Shown in pieces: positions 37,747 through 49,592 of a stretch of 64,000 bases of DNA. The DNA is taken from positions 2,542,001 to 2,606,000 of the forward strand of contig JBNJNM010000021.1 in NCBI GenBank assembly GCA_052426225.1, given 5' to 3'. Both the position numbers and the translations under genes were made by a program. Under the pieces are notes generated by a model. The model ran no database searches and was not told where the DNA came from. It worked only from the letters and a program-made list of their open reading frames with translations. The stretch is from Zancudomyces culisetae HAW-14-8 (lineage: Eukaryota > Fungi > Kickxellomycota). The stretch's first letter is position 1; the number at the start of each line of letters is the position of its first letter.

Positions 37747-40487
37747 ATGAGAAATATTTATTTGAATTGCGTTAAAAGAACGGAACCAGTGATCCGCAAC
37801 CCAAACTTTGCTAGAAGCGCTAAGGCAGGTGCAAGACTTGGATTCGTAACTCAAAAATGCAACATCCATTCCGTCAGAAATGTTACTGCCTTTTCCAAAT
37901 CTGGCGCAGATTCACTAAGGGGTGATTTTTGTACTAAACTCCGTGGATTGGGAGCTAAGAATATACAAAGCAGAATGATGGGCCATGTCGTTTCACAAAG
38001 AGATAGTCGTTTCAAAAAGCTTGGAAAGGAGGACTTGGACTACTTCAAAAGCGTACTTTCTGAATCAAGAGTGTTGGTATCCAAAGAAATGGGTGGAAAC
38101 GCTGATCCAACTGAACTTGATACCTTCAACACTGATTGGTTATCAAAATATGTAGGTCACTCACAAGTCGTCCTTTTCCCTACAAGTGCCCAAGAGGTTA
38201 GCAAAGTCCTCAAATACTGTAACGAGAACACGTAAGAATCATTTTTTTCACCTTACCATTATGCCTCTCTGTTATAGAGGTGCTGTTTTTCCATTAAAGG
38301 GCAGATCTTATGGTATAAAAGAAACTCTTAAGCACTGAATTATATTATAACTCGCATAAATGCTCATAGAATTGCTGTATGTGTTCAAGGAGGAAACACC
38401 GGGCTAGTTGGTAAGTTATCACAAACTTCCATTCGGTTTATTGAGCGATTTTATCTTTTTACCCCACCAAAACCTGTACTTTTTCTTCTTTTTTTTCTGA
38501 CAGAAATGGTTTTTGTGGCCAAGCACAACCCCAAAAACCGTCAAAAAATCTTAAGCAAAAAAATAATAGGGATTATTAAATGACGCACAAAAGAAACCAA
38601 AGCTGAAACTGAATTTATTAAATTCAAAAATTAGGTGGCAGTGTCCCTGTATTCGACGAAGTAGTACTAAGCCTATCCAAGATGGATAAGGTGCGAAGTC
38701 TTGACAAGGATTCAGGAGCATTAGTATGTGATGCAGGATGTATCCTTGAGTCCTTAGATGACTACGTAGGTGAATTTGGGTTTACTATGCCAATAGATCT
38801 AGGGGCTAAAGGAAGGTATGTCATGTTTTAATCCCAAAAAAGTTCATACTTTTATATTACTCTGAAAAATAAATCTTTAATTGTTTGGGCTATAACAGGC
38901 ATTAATTTAATCGAATTTATACAAACACTAAAAAAACAGTTGCCACATTGGAGGGAATGTATCGACAAATGCTGGAGGTATCAGATACTTGAGATATGGA
39001 AGTCTTCACGGTTCAGTCTTGGGATTGGAAGTTGTAAGTGTCAAAAACATAAATTATATATCATAAGGCTATTTTATCTTTTATTAACTGATTTTTGTAA
39101 AATAAAATACAGGTTTTGCCTGATGGAACAATTATCAATAACCTGTCCACACTAAGAAAAGACAGTACTGGGTACGACATTAAACAACTGTTTGTTGGTG
39201 CTGAGGGAACAATTGGTGTGGTAACAGGCGTTTCTATCGCGACTGCCCGTAGACCAACTGTAAGACGATTAAAATTTGTATTTTTGAATTCTTGTCAACA
39301 CCCATAGATGTTAACAGCTAATTGACGTGAATAACTTTTAATAGTCGGTAAATGTTGCTGTTCTGGGAGTCAATAGTTATCAAGATGTAAAGAACACATA
39401 CATACAATCAAGAAAAGATTTGTGTGAAATTTTGTCAGGTAAGATTAAGATATTTGAACATGTCTCCCTCGCTTAACGAGAAAAGTAAAATTTGAGTAGT
39501 TCCATTACCTATTGGTAGCAATCTGAATGTTCGATACCATGTTGTTACTAAAAAAATATTTTGAAACATAGCATTTGAATTCTGGGATGCGCGTTGCATG
39601 GATACAGTGCTTACCGGGTTTAATACCAGCAACCCGCTAAGTGGCGATTATCCCTTCTATGTGTTGATTGAGACTAGTGGCTCCAATGACGAACACGATG
39701 AAGCGGTAGGTATTTTTTTTTGATTTGGTTACTTTTTTGTAATCTTTCACTAGTATATCCAACTAAATTATCATATATCTAACTCAACTATACTTGTCTT
39801 ATAGAAACTAACGGAGTTCTTAGAAAAAACCATGGAAAACGGACTTGTTCAAGATGGTACTTTGGCTCAAGGAAAAACACAGGTAAATTTTTCCTATTAT
39901 TTTTTCTTTTTTTTTTGTAGGAAAAAAATGAATCAATTGGTTATTTATGTAGTTTTCTTTGGCCCTAAAAAACCTATGCTCACCTGTACTAATTTCCCAC
40001 AAAAAAAATATAGATATCAAAGATGTGGTCACTGAGAGAGGGGATCCCTACTGTGCTAGCTCAAACTGGTGCTACTTACAAATATGACATATCTATCCCC
40101 ATAAACCAACTTTATGATATCGTGCATGATACTGAAGTCAGACTGGAGAACGCAGGTATCTACAAAAAAGACGCTGCACCCTCAGAAAATTACCCAGTTA
40201 AATCTGTAAATGGATATGGGCATATTGGAGACGGAAATCTACATTTGAATATTGTAGCGGATAAGTTTGACGACAAAATTACCGATCTTTTGGAGCCATT
40301 TGTCTATGAATGGGTTGAAAATGTAGCCGGCTCTGTATCTGCGGAACACGGATTGGGCATTATGAAGCCTGAGTGCTTAAAATACACAAAGAATGATCAA
40401 ATTGTTAGTGTTATGCGAAATATAAAGAACATGTTTGATCCTAACGGTATAATGAACCCATACAAATATCTCCCAGAAAACAAATAA
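37747..40487 (+). CDS. DLD2: FAD-linked D-2-hydroxyglutarate/D-lactate dehydrogenase, mitochondrial, ~9 exons
   Basis: Spliced motifs [91 protein letters not shown]. Confidence 0.92.
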
Positions 40488-40814
40488 TACGTCCCGGCTT
40501 TACTTGGATTTGGTCTATCCTAGTTTAGTTTCATTTACCTCCTTTTTATTTCTTTTTATTTACTTTCCCACTTTCAAAACTAAAACTAAATATTAGTAAT
40601 AATAATTAATCACAATACAAAATGGTATTTAATATCTGAATGTGGGACAAACTACATGTACCCTCCATGTTAAACTTAATGGTAATAAAAGTGCGGTTGT
40701 GTTTGGTTTAGGTGTTATGCAAACAAAACTCCTGAGTTTTTTTTTATGGTAGAAAAAAGAATTTATTTAGAAGATAAACAGTTCCTAAAAATAAAAACAA
40801 TCTATAATCTAAAC

Positions 40815-43800
40815 TCATCCTATTCCCCTTCGACTCTCTAGAGTCTCCGTACCCGATGGGCATTGGTTCAAGGGGAGTGGGACTACACTAATGTCTTTCA
40901 ACAATAGGTAGCGAGGTAAAAAGGTCTCGTTAAGAAACCGGGCTGTGGAAACCACTGCTCTAACGCAAGTGGCGTTTGGATCCCGAAGAATCCCAGGTAG
41001 TTTGAGCTTTAACTCCTCCCCCAGGAGTTTACCCACGATTTTCCTGCGAAGCTCAACACACTCGGAAATCGTGCTAGATAAAAAAGAACTATAAAAATCT
41101 ATAAATTCAGTAAGTAAATCCTTCCTAATTTCGTCCCATCTACTGCAATCTAATAAGTAATGCTCAACTGTTTCTTTTTCTTCTTTCTTACAGAACGGAC
41201 ATTTGGCTTTGTAATCTGGATCTATAAACCCCGAATTTGCTAATCTCGTGGCGGTCCAAAATTGACCTATTCGAATTCGACCTACGAAAAGAATGTGTTT
41301 CATGTACTGTGGAAAGGCCGCTTGTAAGTCGACCCAATTCCTTTGTCGGCCTGCTCCAACTTCCTTTATCCACTTTGTAATATTCGACTTGTCTTTCAGC
41401 CTGTTGTTTATCTCGAGTGTCTCTTTGGTTTTTCTTACCTCTCCGGTTGGTGAATTGTCAATCTTGATCCTGTTGAATCTGTTAGACCACCTTGTGTACC
41501 CTGTGACCCAAGTGTCCTTCGAGTGTTTGAAGGGGTTCTGTATTAAATCTGCTATCCATGTTTTCATGCCACTCCATTTGTGGAATGCTCTGTCTCTAGC
41601 TCTGGTCGTTCTACTGTAAATATCTGTTATATTTAATTCTTCTCGCAATCTCCTCATGCATGTCGATCTGCCCACTCCCATGGCTATTCTCAATGTGTTG
41701 TCCACGGCTTGCTGTATCGGTTTTACCCTTGCTTCAGACATGCCGAACATTTCACCTCCATAACTAGCGACCGCAATGACTATCGACCTAATTACCATCT
41801 TTTTCATCAACAGCGGTGTATTTCTGTCTTTGAGTAGATAGTAGTTGCTCATGGTTGCTCTTTGTACTTTTTCTTTCCTCTCCTGTATGTGTAGCTTGTT
41901 ATTCCAATATTTATTGAATATAACACCCAAGTATTTATATTCATCTACTTCTGGTACTTTTGCACTTCCCAAAAAGTATTCTGGAATCGTAATTTCAATA
42001 TTATTGTTATTTTCGTCGCTTGTTCTATTCACTGCTTCAACTGTCATAATCGCACTCTTGCTAGCATTCACCTTCATGTCCCACTTCTGACACCATTGCT
42101 GCATCATGTTAAGTGCTTCTTGCATCTGTTCTGGAGTGTCTGACAATAAAACTGTATCGTCTGCAAATAGTAGTCCCGGAATTTTTTCTTGAATCCCTGG
42201 CACTTCTATTCCCTCCATTCCTTCAAATATATCGTTGATAAAAATATCAAAAAGCATTGGTGAGGCTGGGCATCCTTGGCGAACACCTCTTTCGAAGTTC
42301 ATCGCCTCCGATAATCTATTTCCTACCCTCACTTTTATCTTTGCGTTAGCGTATAATTCTTTAATTACTGTTAGCAATTTACCATTTATTTTGTTCATTT
42401 TTAATTTTTTGAATAATAAATTGTGTTGCACTTTGTCGTAGGCTTTTTCAAAATCAATAAAACAAATTATGGTTTTTGTATTATTAATTTTTCGCCTTTT
42501 TATAATTTCGTATAGAGCTGTAGCTTGAGCTACGCATTCCTCCAGTGTCCTGAATCCCGCTTGCTCTTTTGCTAATAATATATGTCTATTATCTATTAAT
42601 CTTAATTTATTAGCGACTATTTTAGCTATAAGTTTGGTTATGGTTGGGATTAGCGAAATCCCCCTATAATTGTTTGGGTCTTTAGTGTTTCCTTTTTTGA
42701 AGATAGGAACGATTACGCTAGTATTGTTTTCACTGTTTAACTTTGGATTATTCCAGAATTTTTTAATTATGGTTAATAAAAGTACTGCAAGTTCCGATTC
42801 TGCATCATCATCGCTTTGTGTACTTTTCCAAACTTCGCTTGGAATGCCATCCTCTCCAGCTGCTTTATTTCTCGGTGTCTCCTTGAGTGCTTCTTTTATT
42901 TCTGTCCATGTTGGCTCTTCGTCGCATTCTCTGAAGTAGTCCACTTCCTCCTCTCTTTCTTCTGGGATTGTGTTTAATGCTGAGTTTTCATTCTTCGATA
43001 GCTTGTAGAAATGTTTTATCCATACTTTGAGTTTTTCTGCTTCCTCTGTTATCTCCCTTCCTGATTCATCCAGGACTCCTCCATTATTGAAAACAGATTT
43101 TTTATTTAGAGCCCTCATTTTTAATCATCTCCACATCGTCTTGGCATCATTGCCTTTGATGTGTTCGCATAGTTTAACTAACTCCTTTTTTTTATGTAAT
43201 TTTTGGTCACTTTTGATCAGTTTTGTAGTTTTGGACTTCATCTGGACGTAGTCATTATAAAACAGCTCTTTCTCGTGTTCATCACAAGTTCTGAGCATTT
43301 TTTTGAACAATTTGCAACGAAGTTTGATCATTTTTCGCGTTTTTTTACTTAAAAAATGTTGATTTTTTTTGGCTTCGGAATTTTTTTCGGCCAATTTCTC
43401 ATTATTTTTTGGGTTTGGATTATTTTTTCTTGTCATCTTATCCATCAATTTTTTAGTCTCATTGACGGTTTCACTGATTAGTTCGTCAGTTTCGTTAAGA
43501 GATGTCAAAATTGAAAATTTATTGTGAGTTCTGAACAGTTCTGATTTTTGGTCCAATAGTTTCCGGTTGACAATTTTTTTTTGCTGCTCTGGTTTAATTT
43601 CCTCAATGGTAAAGTTGGCTGTAATAGCCAGATGGTCGCTGAGGTCAATTTTTTTGTGTAGTTTTGACATTACGAATTGTCCAACTGTGGGGGTATAAAA
43701 GATGTGGTCGATGGTGTTCTTCAGTCGCTTTTTTGTTATCCTTGTCCCGCTTCGTTTCCTTGTCGGGGCTCTCCTGACTATACACCTGAGTTTTTTTAGC

Positions 43801-44561
43801 CAAGGGGTTACTATACTTGTCCTCATATTGAAGTCGCCGCATAGTATTATTTTTATTTCCTTATTTTTCCCGTATTCCTTGTTGATAAAGTCCTCTACCT
43901 CCTTCTTCATCATAGTTCTTTCTTTTGGTTTGTGTGGCGTGTGTACATTCACTACCATCACTTCCAGTCTTTTATGCTCCTTTTCTGTATATCCATGTAT
44001 TTTTGCGGCCATCCAGGTATTATTATTTTTATACTCCTCTATGTGCCAGCCAATATTTTTTTTTACCCCTACTAGAAGACCAGAACCCGTCTTTAGTGTC
44101 GGCCTTTTTGACTCTACACATGTGTAGCCATTTATGTTCATCCTCCCAGATTTCTCCTGCAGGTGGGTCTCCTGCAAGCATAGTATGGTTGGGTTGATCT
44201 TTGTTAGAAAATAATCTAATTCATGTTTTTTATTTTTTATTGAGCATACGTTGTATGTCATTATTTTTAGGTTAATTTTTTCATTTTTTTTATCTATTTT
44301 TTTTTGGTATAAATTTTTAGTTTTTTCATTTTTTCTATTTTTCTCTCTTTCATTTTTATTTTCTTCAACTTTTAGTATACACTTTAATTTTTTTTCAAAC
44401 TCCAATTTTTTTAGGACGGATACACGAAGCTGGGAACCATCGATTTTTTGGATTTCGAAACGGTAAGATTTATTGTATTGTTTAATTTTTTTAACGTGTA
44501 AATTTTTTTTTTCGATTTTTGTTATGTTCGAAAAAAAATATTTTACAGTTTTCTGAGACAA
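40815..44561 (-). pseudogene. ORF2 of copy A (APE endonuclease-RT-CCHC) broken by TGG>TGA at 43125-43127
   Basis: The 478-aa and 767-aa ORFs are in frame and colinear with the intact 1248-aa ORF2 of copy C (MWRWLK vs MWR*LK). Confidence 0.92.
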
Positions 44562-44673
44562 TTCTGGTATGTTGAGTACCAGTAATTTATCAGTTATGAT
44601 ATTTGTTGTTATTTTTGTTTGTGTTGTTGTTGTTATTGTTGTACTTATGTATTTCTGTTACTTGAATAGGATG

Positions 44674-46269
44674 TTAATCCATTACATTTATCGGAGATGA
44701 AGGAGGGTCTTCCTCCATCTCCGCATCATGGATGCTGGGACCGATTTGATTGCTGTTGTCTTGATCCGGAGGTTTTCCGGTTCCGCTGTCTTCCGCCTCG
44801 CCGTGTGGTGCCTCTTGCTGGTTTTGCGTTTGATTCTGTTCCTGTGCTTGCTGTTGTTCTTGTACTTGGTGTTGTTCTTGTACTTGGTGTTGTTCCCGTG
44901 CTTGTTGTTGCTCCTGTGGTTGTGTTTCCATTGCCACTTCCCCTTCCAAAGTAAGTATATTTATTTCGGTTCTTATAGCTTCCTCCTTTTCTTTATTTGC
45001 AATCTTCTGCGCGAGTATTAAGAATGCTTTGTCCTCTTTAACTTTCTTTTGTTTGTTGTTTTTTTTGTTTGTTTTTTGTTTCAATATTTTATATTTTTGT
45101 GTGTTTGTTTTTTTCCTGATTATGTTGTTATTAAAAAGAACATCATTAATAATATTTTCCACTTCCATGTTTTCTTGTTTCAGCTCATGTTCTTGTCTTA
45201 GAACTTCCTCTTCATCTTGTTCTTGCTTTTTTTTTTGTATTTCCGAGTCGTATCCTTCATCCATAAGGTTTTCGTAGTTATCAATAAAATTTGTGTTCAC
45301 CATTTCTTTTTCTTGTTGTACCTCTTTCTGCTCCTGATGTTGAGCTGAGACTCGATCTTTTTTTTGTTTTCCCTTCTGTTCTTGTGGTTGTGGTTGTGCT
45401 GAGGCTTGGTCTTTTACCCGTCCCTTTTCTTTTGTTCTTTCCTTTACTTTTTGATTTTCTTGTTCGCTCCCTTTTTGTCGCTCTTGTTCGATCTGGTTTT
45501 TGCCTTTTTCGATGATGTTCATCATCTCCCTGTACTTGTCCGGTCTGCCTCTTTTCCTTAGTTTTGCCAGTTCAGGGCACTCGCTTTTCCAGTGGCCTTC
45601 CTTCTTGCAGTATGTGCATGAAGCTGGGGCCCCATCCCAGATAAGATTGACCTTCTCATCTTTTACTACTAACGTGGTGGGCAATATGGCTAAGTCGTGC
45701 ATCTTAATCAATACTTTTAAGCTATTGACAAAGAAATGGTTGTTGCCCGGCACCCTCAGTGCCATTATATCTGCAACTTCACCATACTGACTTAGCTCTT
45801 CGTACAAATTCTTCACAAAGCCATGTATTTCATCATTCTTAAAGGATGGTATAGTTACCACCTTCGTCTTTTCTGAATGTTGGAAAGTGTTATACAGGTT
45901 TAGCTCCTTTCCTGTTATTGTTTCCTCAATTTTTCTGGCCTCTTCTGCTTCTTCCAGTGTTGTGAACCAGACAAACAGGACGCCTCTTTCTCTATCTTGG
46001 TCAAATGAGATTTCAAAATCTTTTAAGGTATCAGATATCTCTCTCACTGCCGCGTCATAGTTCTCATTGATACTTCTAGTTCTGATGGCGAATTTTCGCT
46101 CATCTCTAGTTCTGCATACCATCATGTTTCCTACATTGGGTCTCTCATCGACCCAGTATAGGACGGAGTATTGTTGGTAGAGCACCGCTCTTCCTCCCCT
46201 TGCAGCTTGGTAGCTGCCACTTTGCGCAGTTTGCGCGTAAGACTTTTCTTTCGTCTGCGTTGATGCCAT
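44674..46269 (-). CDS. LINE ORF1 (gag-like) of copy A
   Basis: Starts MASTQTKEK as in copy C; zinc knuckle CTYCKKEGHWKSEC; Q/E coiled-coil region. Confidence 0.88.
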   Translation of the reverse strand: MASTQTKEKSYAQTAQSGSYQAARGGRAVLYQQYSVLYWVDERPNVGNMMVCRTRDERKFAIRTRSINENYDAAVREISDTLKDFEISFDQDRERGVLFVWFTTLEEAEEARKIEETITGKELNLYNTFQHSEKTKVVTIPSFKNDEIHGFVKNLYEELSQYGEVADIMALRVPGNNHFFVNSLKVLIKMHDLAILPTTLVVKDEKVNLIWDGAPASCTYCKKEGHWKSECPELAKLRKRGRPDKYREMMNIIEKGKNQIEQERQKGSEQENQKVKERTKEKGRVKDQASAQPQPQEQKGKQKKDRVSAQHQEQKEVQQEKEMVNTNFIDNYENLMDEGYDSEIQKKKQEQDEEEVLRQEHELKQENMEVENIINDVLFNNNIIRKKTNTQKYKILKQKTNKKNNKQKKVKEDKAFLILAQKIANKEKEEAIRTEINILTLEGEVAMETQPQEQQQAREQHQVQEQHQVQEQQQAQEQNQTQNQQEAPHGEAEDSGTGKPPDQDNSNQIGPSIHDAEMEEDPPSSPINVMD

Positions 46270-46662
46270 ATCTTCGCAGACGTTTCTTGGTTTTTTTGTT
46301 TTTGGATCAGTTAAATTTGGTAGATTTGGGTTTAAATTTATGTTCAGTTGGACTAAATGTGTTGAGATCGGTGCTAATCTCACTCGGAAACTATTTTAAA
46401 CGGGTTTTTAGGACCTTTTAGGTGCTTTTTACTGTGTTTTTAACGCTTTTTTTACGCTTTTTGTAACTTTTTTTGTTATCTTTTTGTTATCTTTTTATGT
46501 TTTTTCTTATGTTTTTTTATTGCTATATATCTTTTTTTTTCTTATGGTTTTTAATGTTTTTAGGCTTGTTTTAAAGGTAATATTTTATTTAAGATGTTGT
46601 GTGATTTTAGTCGCTGTCAATAGTCGATATCGCTATATTTTTCAATTTTTTAAAAAATGTAC

Positions 46663-47526
46663 TTTTTTTTTTTTTTTTTTTTCGGTAGAAAAAAAATTTA
46701 TTTAGAAAATAAACAGTTCCTAAAAATAAAAACAATCTATAATCTAAACTCATCCTATTCCCCTTCGACTCTCTAGAGTCTCCGTACCCGATGGGCATTG
46801 GTTCAAGGGGAGTGGGACTACACTAATGTCTTTCAACAATAGGTAGCGAGGTAAAAAGGTCTCGTTAAGAAACCGGGCTGTGGAAACCACTGCTCTAACG
46901 CAAGTGGCGTTTGGATCCCGAAGAATCCCAGGTAGTTTGAGCTTTAACTCCTCCCCCAGGAGTTTACCCACGACTTTCCTGCGAAGCTCAACACACTCGG
47001 AAATCGTGCTAGATAAAAAAGAACTATAAAAATCTATAAATTCAGTAAGTAAATCATTCCTAATTTCGTCCCATCTGCTGCAATCTAATAAATAATGCTC
47101 AACTGTTTCTTTTTCTTCTTTCTTACAGAACGGACATTTGGCTTTGTAATCTGGATCTATAAACCCCGAATTTGCTAATCTCGTGGCGGTCCAAAATTGA
47201 CCTATTCGAATTCGGCCTACGAAAAGAATGTGTTTCATGTACTGTGGAAAGGCCGCTTGTAAGTCGACCCAATTCCTTTGTCGGCCTGCTCCAACTTCCT
47301 TTATCCACTTTGTAACATTCGACTTGTCTTTCAGCCTGTTGTTTATCTCGAGTGTCTCCTTAGTTTTTCTTACCTCTCCGGTTGGTACATTATCAATCTT
47401 GATCCTGTTGAATCTGTTAGACCACCTTGTGTACCCTGTGACCCAAGTGTCCTTCGAGTGTTTGAAGGGGTTCTGTATTAAATCTGCTACCCATGTTTTC
47501 ATGCCACTCCATTTGTGGAATGCTCT
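46663..47526 (-). mobile_element. 5'-truncated LINE copy B; its poly(A) abuts the 5' end of copy A
   Basis: Near-identical to the ORF2 3' end and 3' UTR; 20-nt poly(A) at 46663-46682. Confidence 0.93.
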
Positions 47527-47705
47527 ACTTCGTATAATAAAAACATCGTATATGCACCACTTTTTATCAAGCACTCTAGCAACTCTATATATAACTTTGA
47601 AGTAGATTTATTTATAAAATTAACAAAAGTACTAAGAAATACTATATTTCAGAATAAAAGCATAAAATATACTCTTATGTGTTCGTTTAAAGAAAAAAAT
47701 CAAAT

Positions 47706-48674
47706 TTAGTTTTCTGGGATCACAACATCACCAGAGTCAATCTTCTTTTGAACTTCGTATGGGCTTTCACCGTCAACAGTACAACCAACTGAAAATGCTG
47801 TACCAAGGATCTCTTTGACAGTTCCGGAGAGGTTTCGTGAGTATGACTTGTTAGCCTCTCTCATGGTCTTTGCAACGTTGATGATATCTTTCAATGAAAG
47901 GTTTCCACTGTGTTTGATGTTCTTCTCCTTCTTACGATCACGGTATGGCTCCTTCAATGCCTTGACAACCAATGCGGATGCGGATGGAACAATGTCAATG
48001 GTTGCTTGACGGTTTTGAACTGTGAGTTGAACAGTCATGCGCAAACCTTTCCAGTCCTTTGTAGCCTTGGCAATGTCTTCTCCGATCTTCTTTGGGGACA
48101 AACCGAGAGGACCCAATTTTGGAGCCAGAGATGAGGAAGCACCGACTTCTCCTCCGGTAACTCTGAGTTTGACTATATGAGTATATAAATGTTAGCTATG
48201 GTTTGAATAAGCCTCGTAATAAACAAATCCGGCGTTCAACTAGATTATGGCAAAGCTTAGCAACAACCCAACGACTTGATATACTTTATAACATTTAAAA
48301 TTTTCAATGAACGGTCCAGATCAAGCTGTAACCCATAATACCACAAAATTCTTCAATATAATAATGATATTAGTGCGTTCCTTATAGTTTTGCACAAGTT
48401 TTTCAGCTTTTCAACTAAAAAAAATACATGCATAAAGATGACCATCTCATTTTATGGGATGGATTTTATATTTACACATTGAATCGCATTGCCTTTTTGT
48501 AAATTAAAATGGATTCATGCTCGCCAAATCTCGATAATGCCTGATTAAAATTCATTGAATCCTCTTTTAGGGCATTCATTTCACCGCTCTTAAAAGTTTG
48601 CTCTGGTGAATAAAGATAAGCAGAAATATATACTTACTTATTTTAATTTCGGTTGGGTCTGGCTTTGGAGGCAT
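47706..48674 (-). CDS. RPL12: 60S ribosomal protein L12 (uL11), 2 exons
   Basis: [50 protein letters not shown]; intron 48173-48637 (GTAAGT...GCTAAC...TAG). Confidence 0.96.
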
Positions 48675-49592
48675 CTTTAGTATACTTTTGCTATAACTCT
48701 ACTTTTAGAAAAAAAATATCAAGAGCAAAAAGACTTCTTTAGTTTTTGTTATATTGGAATTTTTTATTTTTTTTTTGCAGAAATCAAACACGCAAATTTT
48801 CTATGTGAAAAAAAGTTGTACACGGATTTTATTGGTTAGTTTATGAAATCATTTTCATTCGCAAACCCAATTAACTAAAACACCATTTTTTTTTATGAAG
48901 AAAAGGTTGATTGTTGTAGGTCTTTCCAACCATGTTGATTAGAGTGTATAAAGGTTATTGAGTTTTGGGAAATGAAAATAAAATAATCTTTGTATTTAGA
49001 ATGCTTTCTGGTAAAGGCTAAGTAGCATACTTTTTCCAAAAAAAAAAAGTGCAAAATCGATCTTGAATAGGTTTATAGTACTAAAACAGCAAGAGTTTAA
49101 TGTGTTTGCAAAGCTAATAGCCCCAACTAATCATTATATTAATTTGTTGCAAAGATAACAAATTCTGAGAATATCATTACCAGCAGGAATAACGTTTTCG
49201 AGGAAAAGTAATAATGAAAAAACTTGTACCAGTTTAATCTTTAGCAGTATCAATTAAAACAAATAAATATTCTTTGTGTACCACATGATTTCGTTTTTTG
49301 ACCTTTAAGTCGTAAAATAATTACGCATATGTTCAATGTCAGCTACCATGTGCATTGTCAGCAATGAAATATAACACCAAACAGTATTTGCAAAAACTAT
49401 ATATACGATTATCGTTTTGTAGTATTCGAAAGTTAGTAGTTTTAATAAATCAAAAAGAATTTACTCCAAGCATCAATGCTTATATAGAAAGCATTAAGAC
49501 TAACTGAACAACCAGAGCAACACCGCACTTTTCAAAAAATAAGTAAAACCAATTAAAATAAAATAAAATAAAATGGAAAAAACACAAGGTAA

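Larger units (their letters stand above)
40737..46659 (-). mobile_element. Full-length L1-like non-LTR retrotransposon, copy A (ORF2 carries a nonsense codon)
   Basis: 5' end CATTTTTTAAAAAATTGAAAAATATAGCGATATCG shared with copy C; ORF1, ORF2, short 3' UTR and poly(A) (T-run 40737-40745). Confidence 0.95.

Noticed and set aside
43125-43127. In-frame TGA as selenocysteine or recoded Trp
   Set aside because: It aligns to TGG in copy C, no SECIS is seen, and TGA is a normal stop in host genes here (BUD20, CCT6)
46750-47574. 274-aa ORF as an independent protein
   Set aside because: It is a 5'-truncated LINE fragment read in from flanking DNA
48173-48637. snoRNA in the RPL12 intron
   Set aside because: No convincing C/D pair with a terminal stem or H/ACA architecture found by eye
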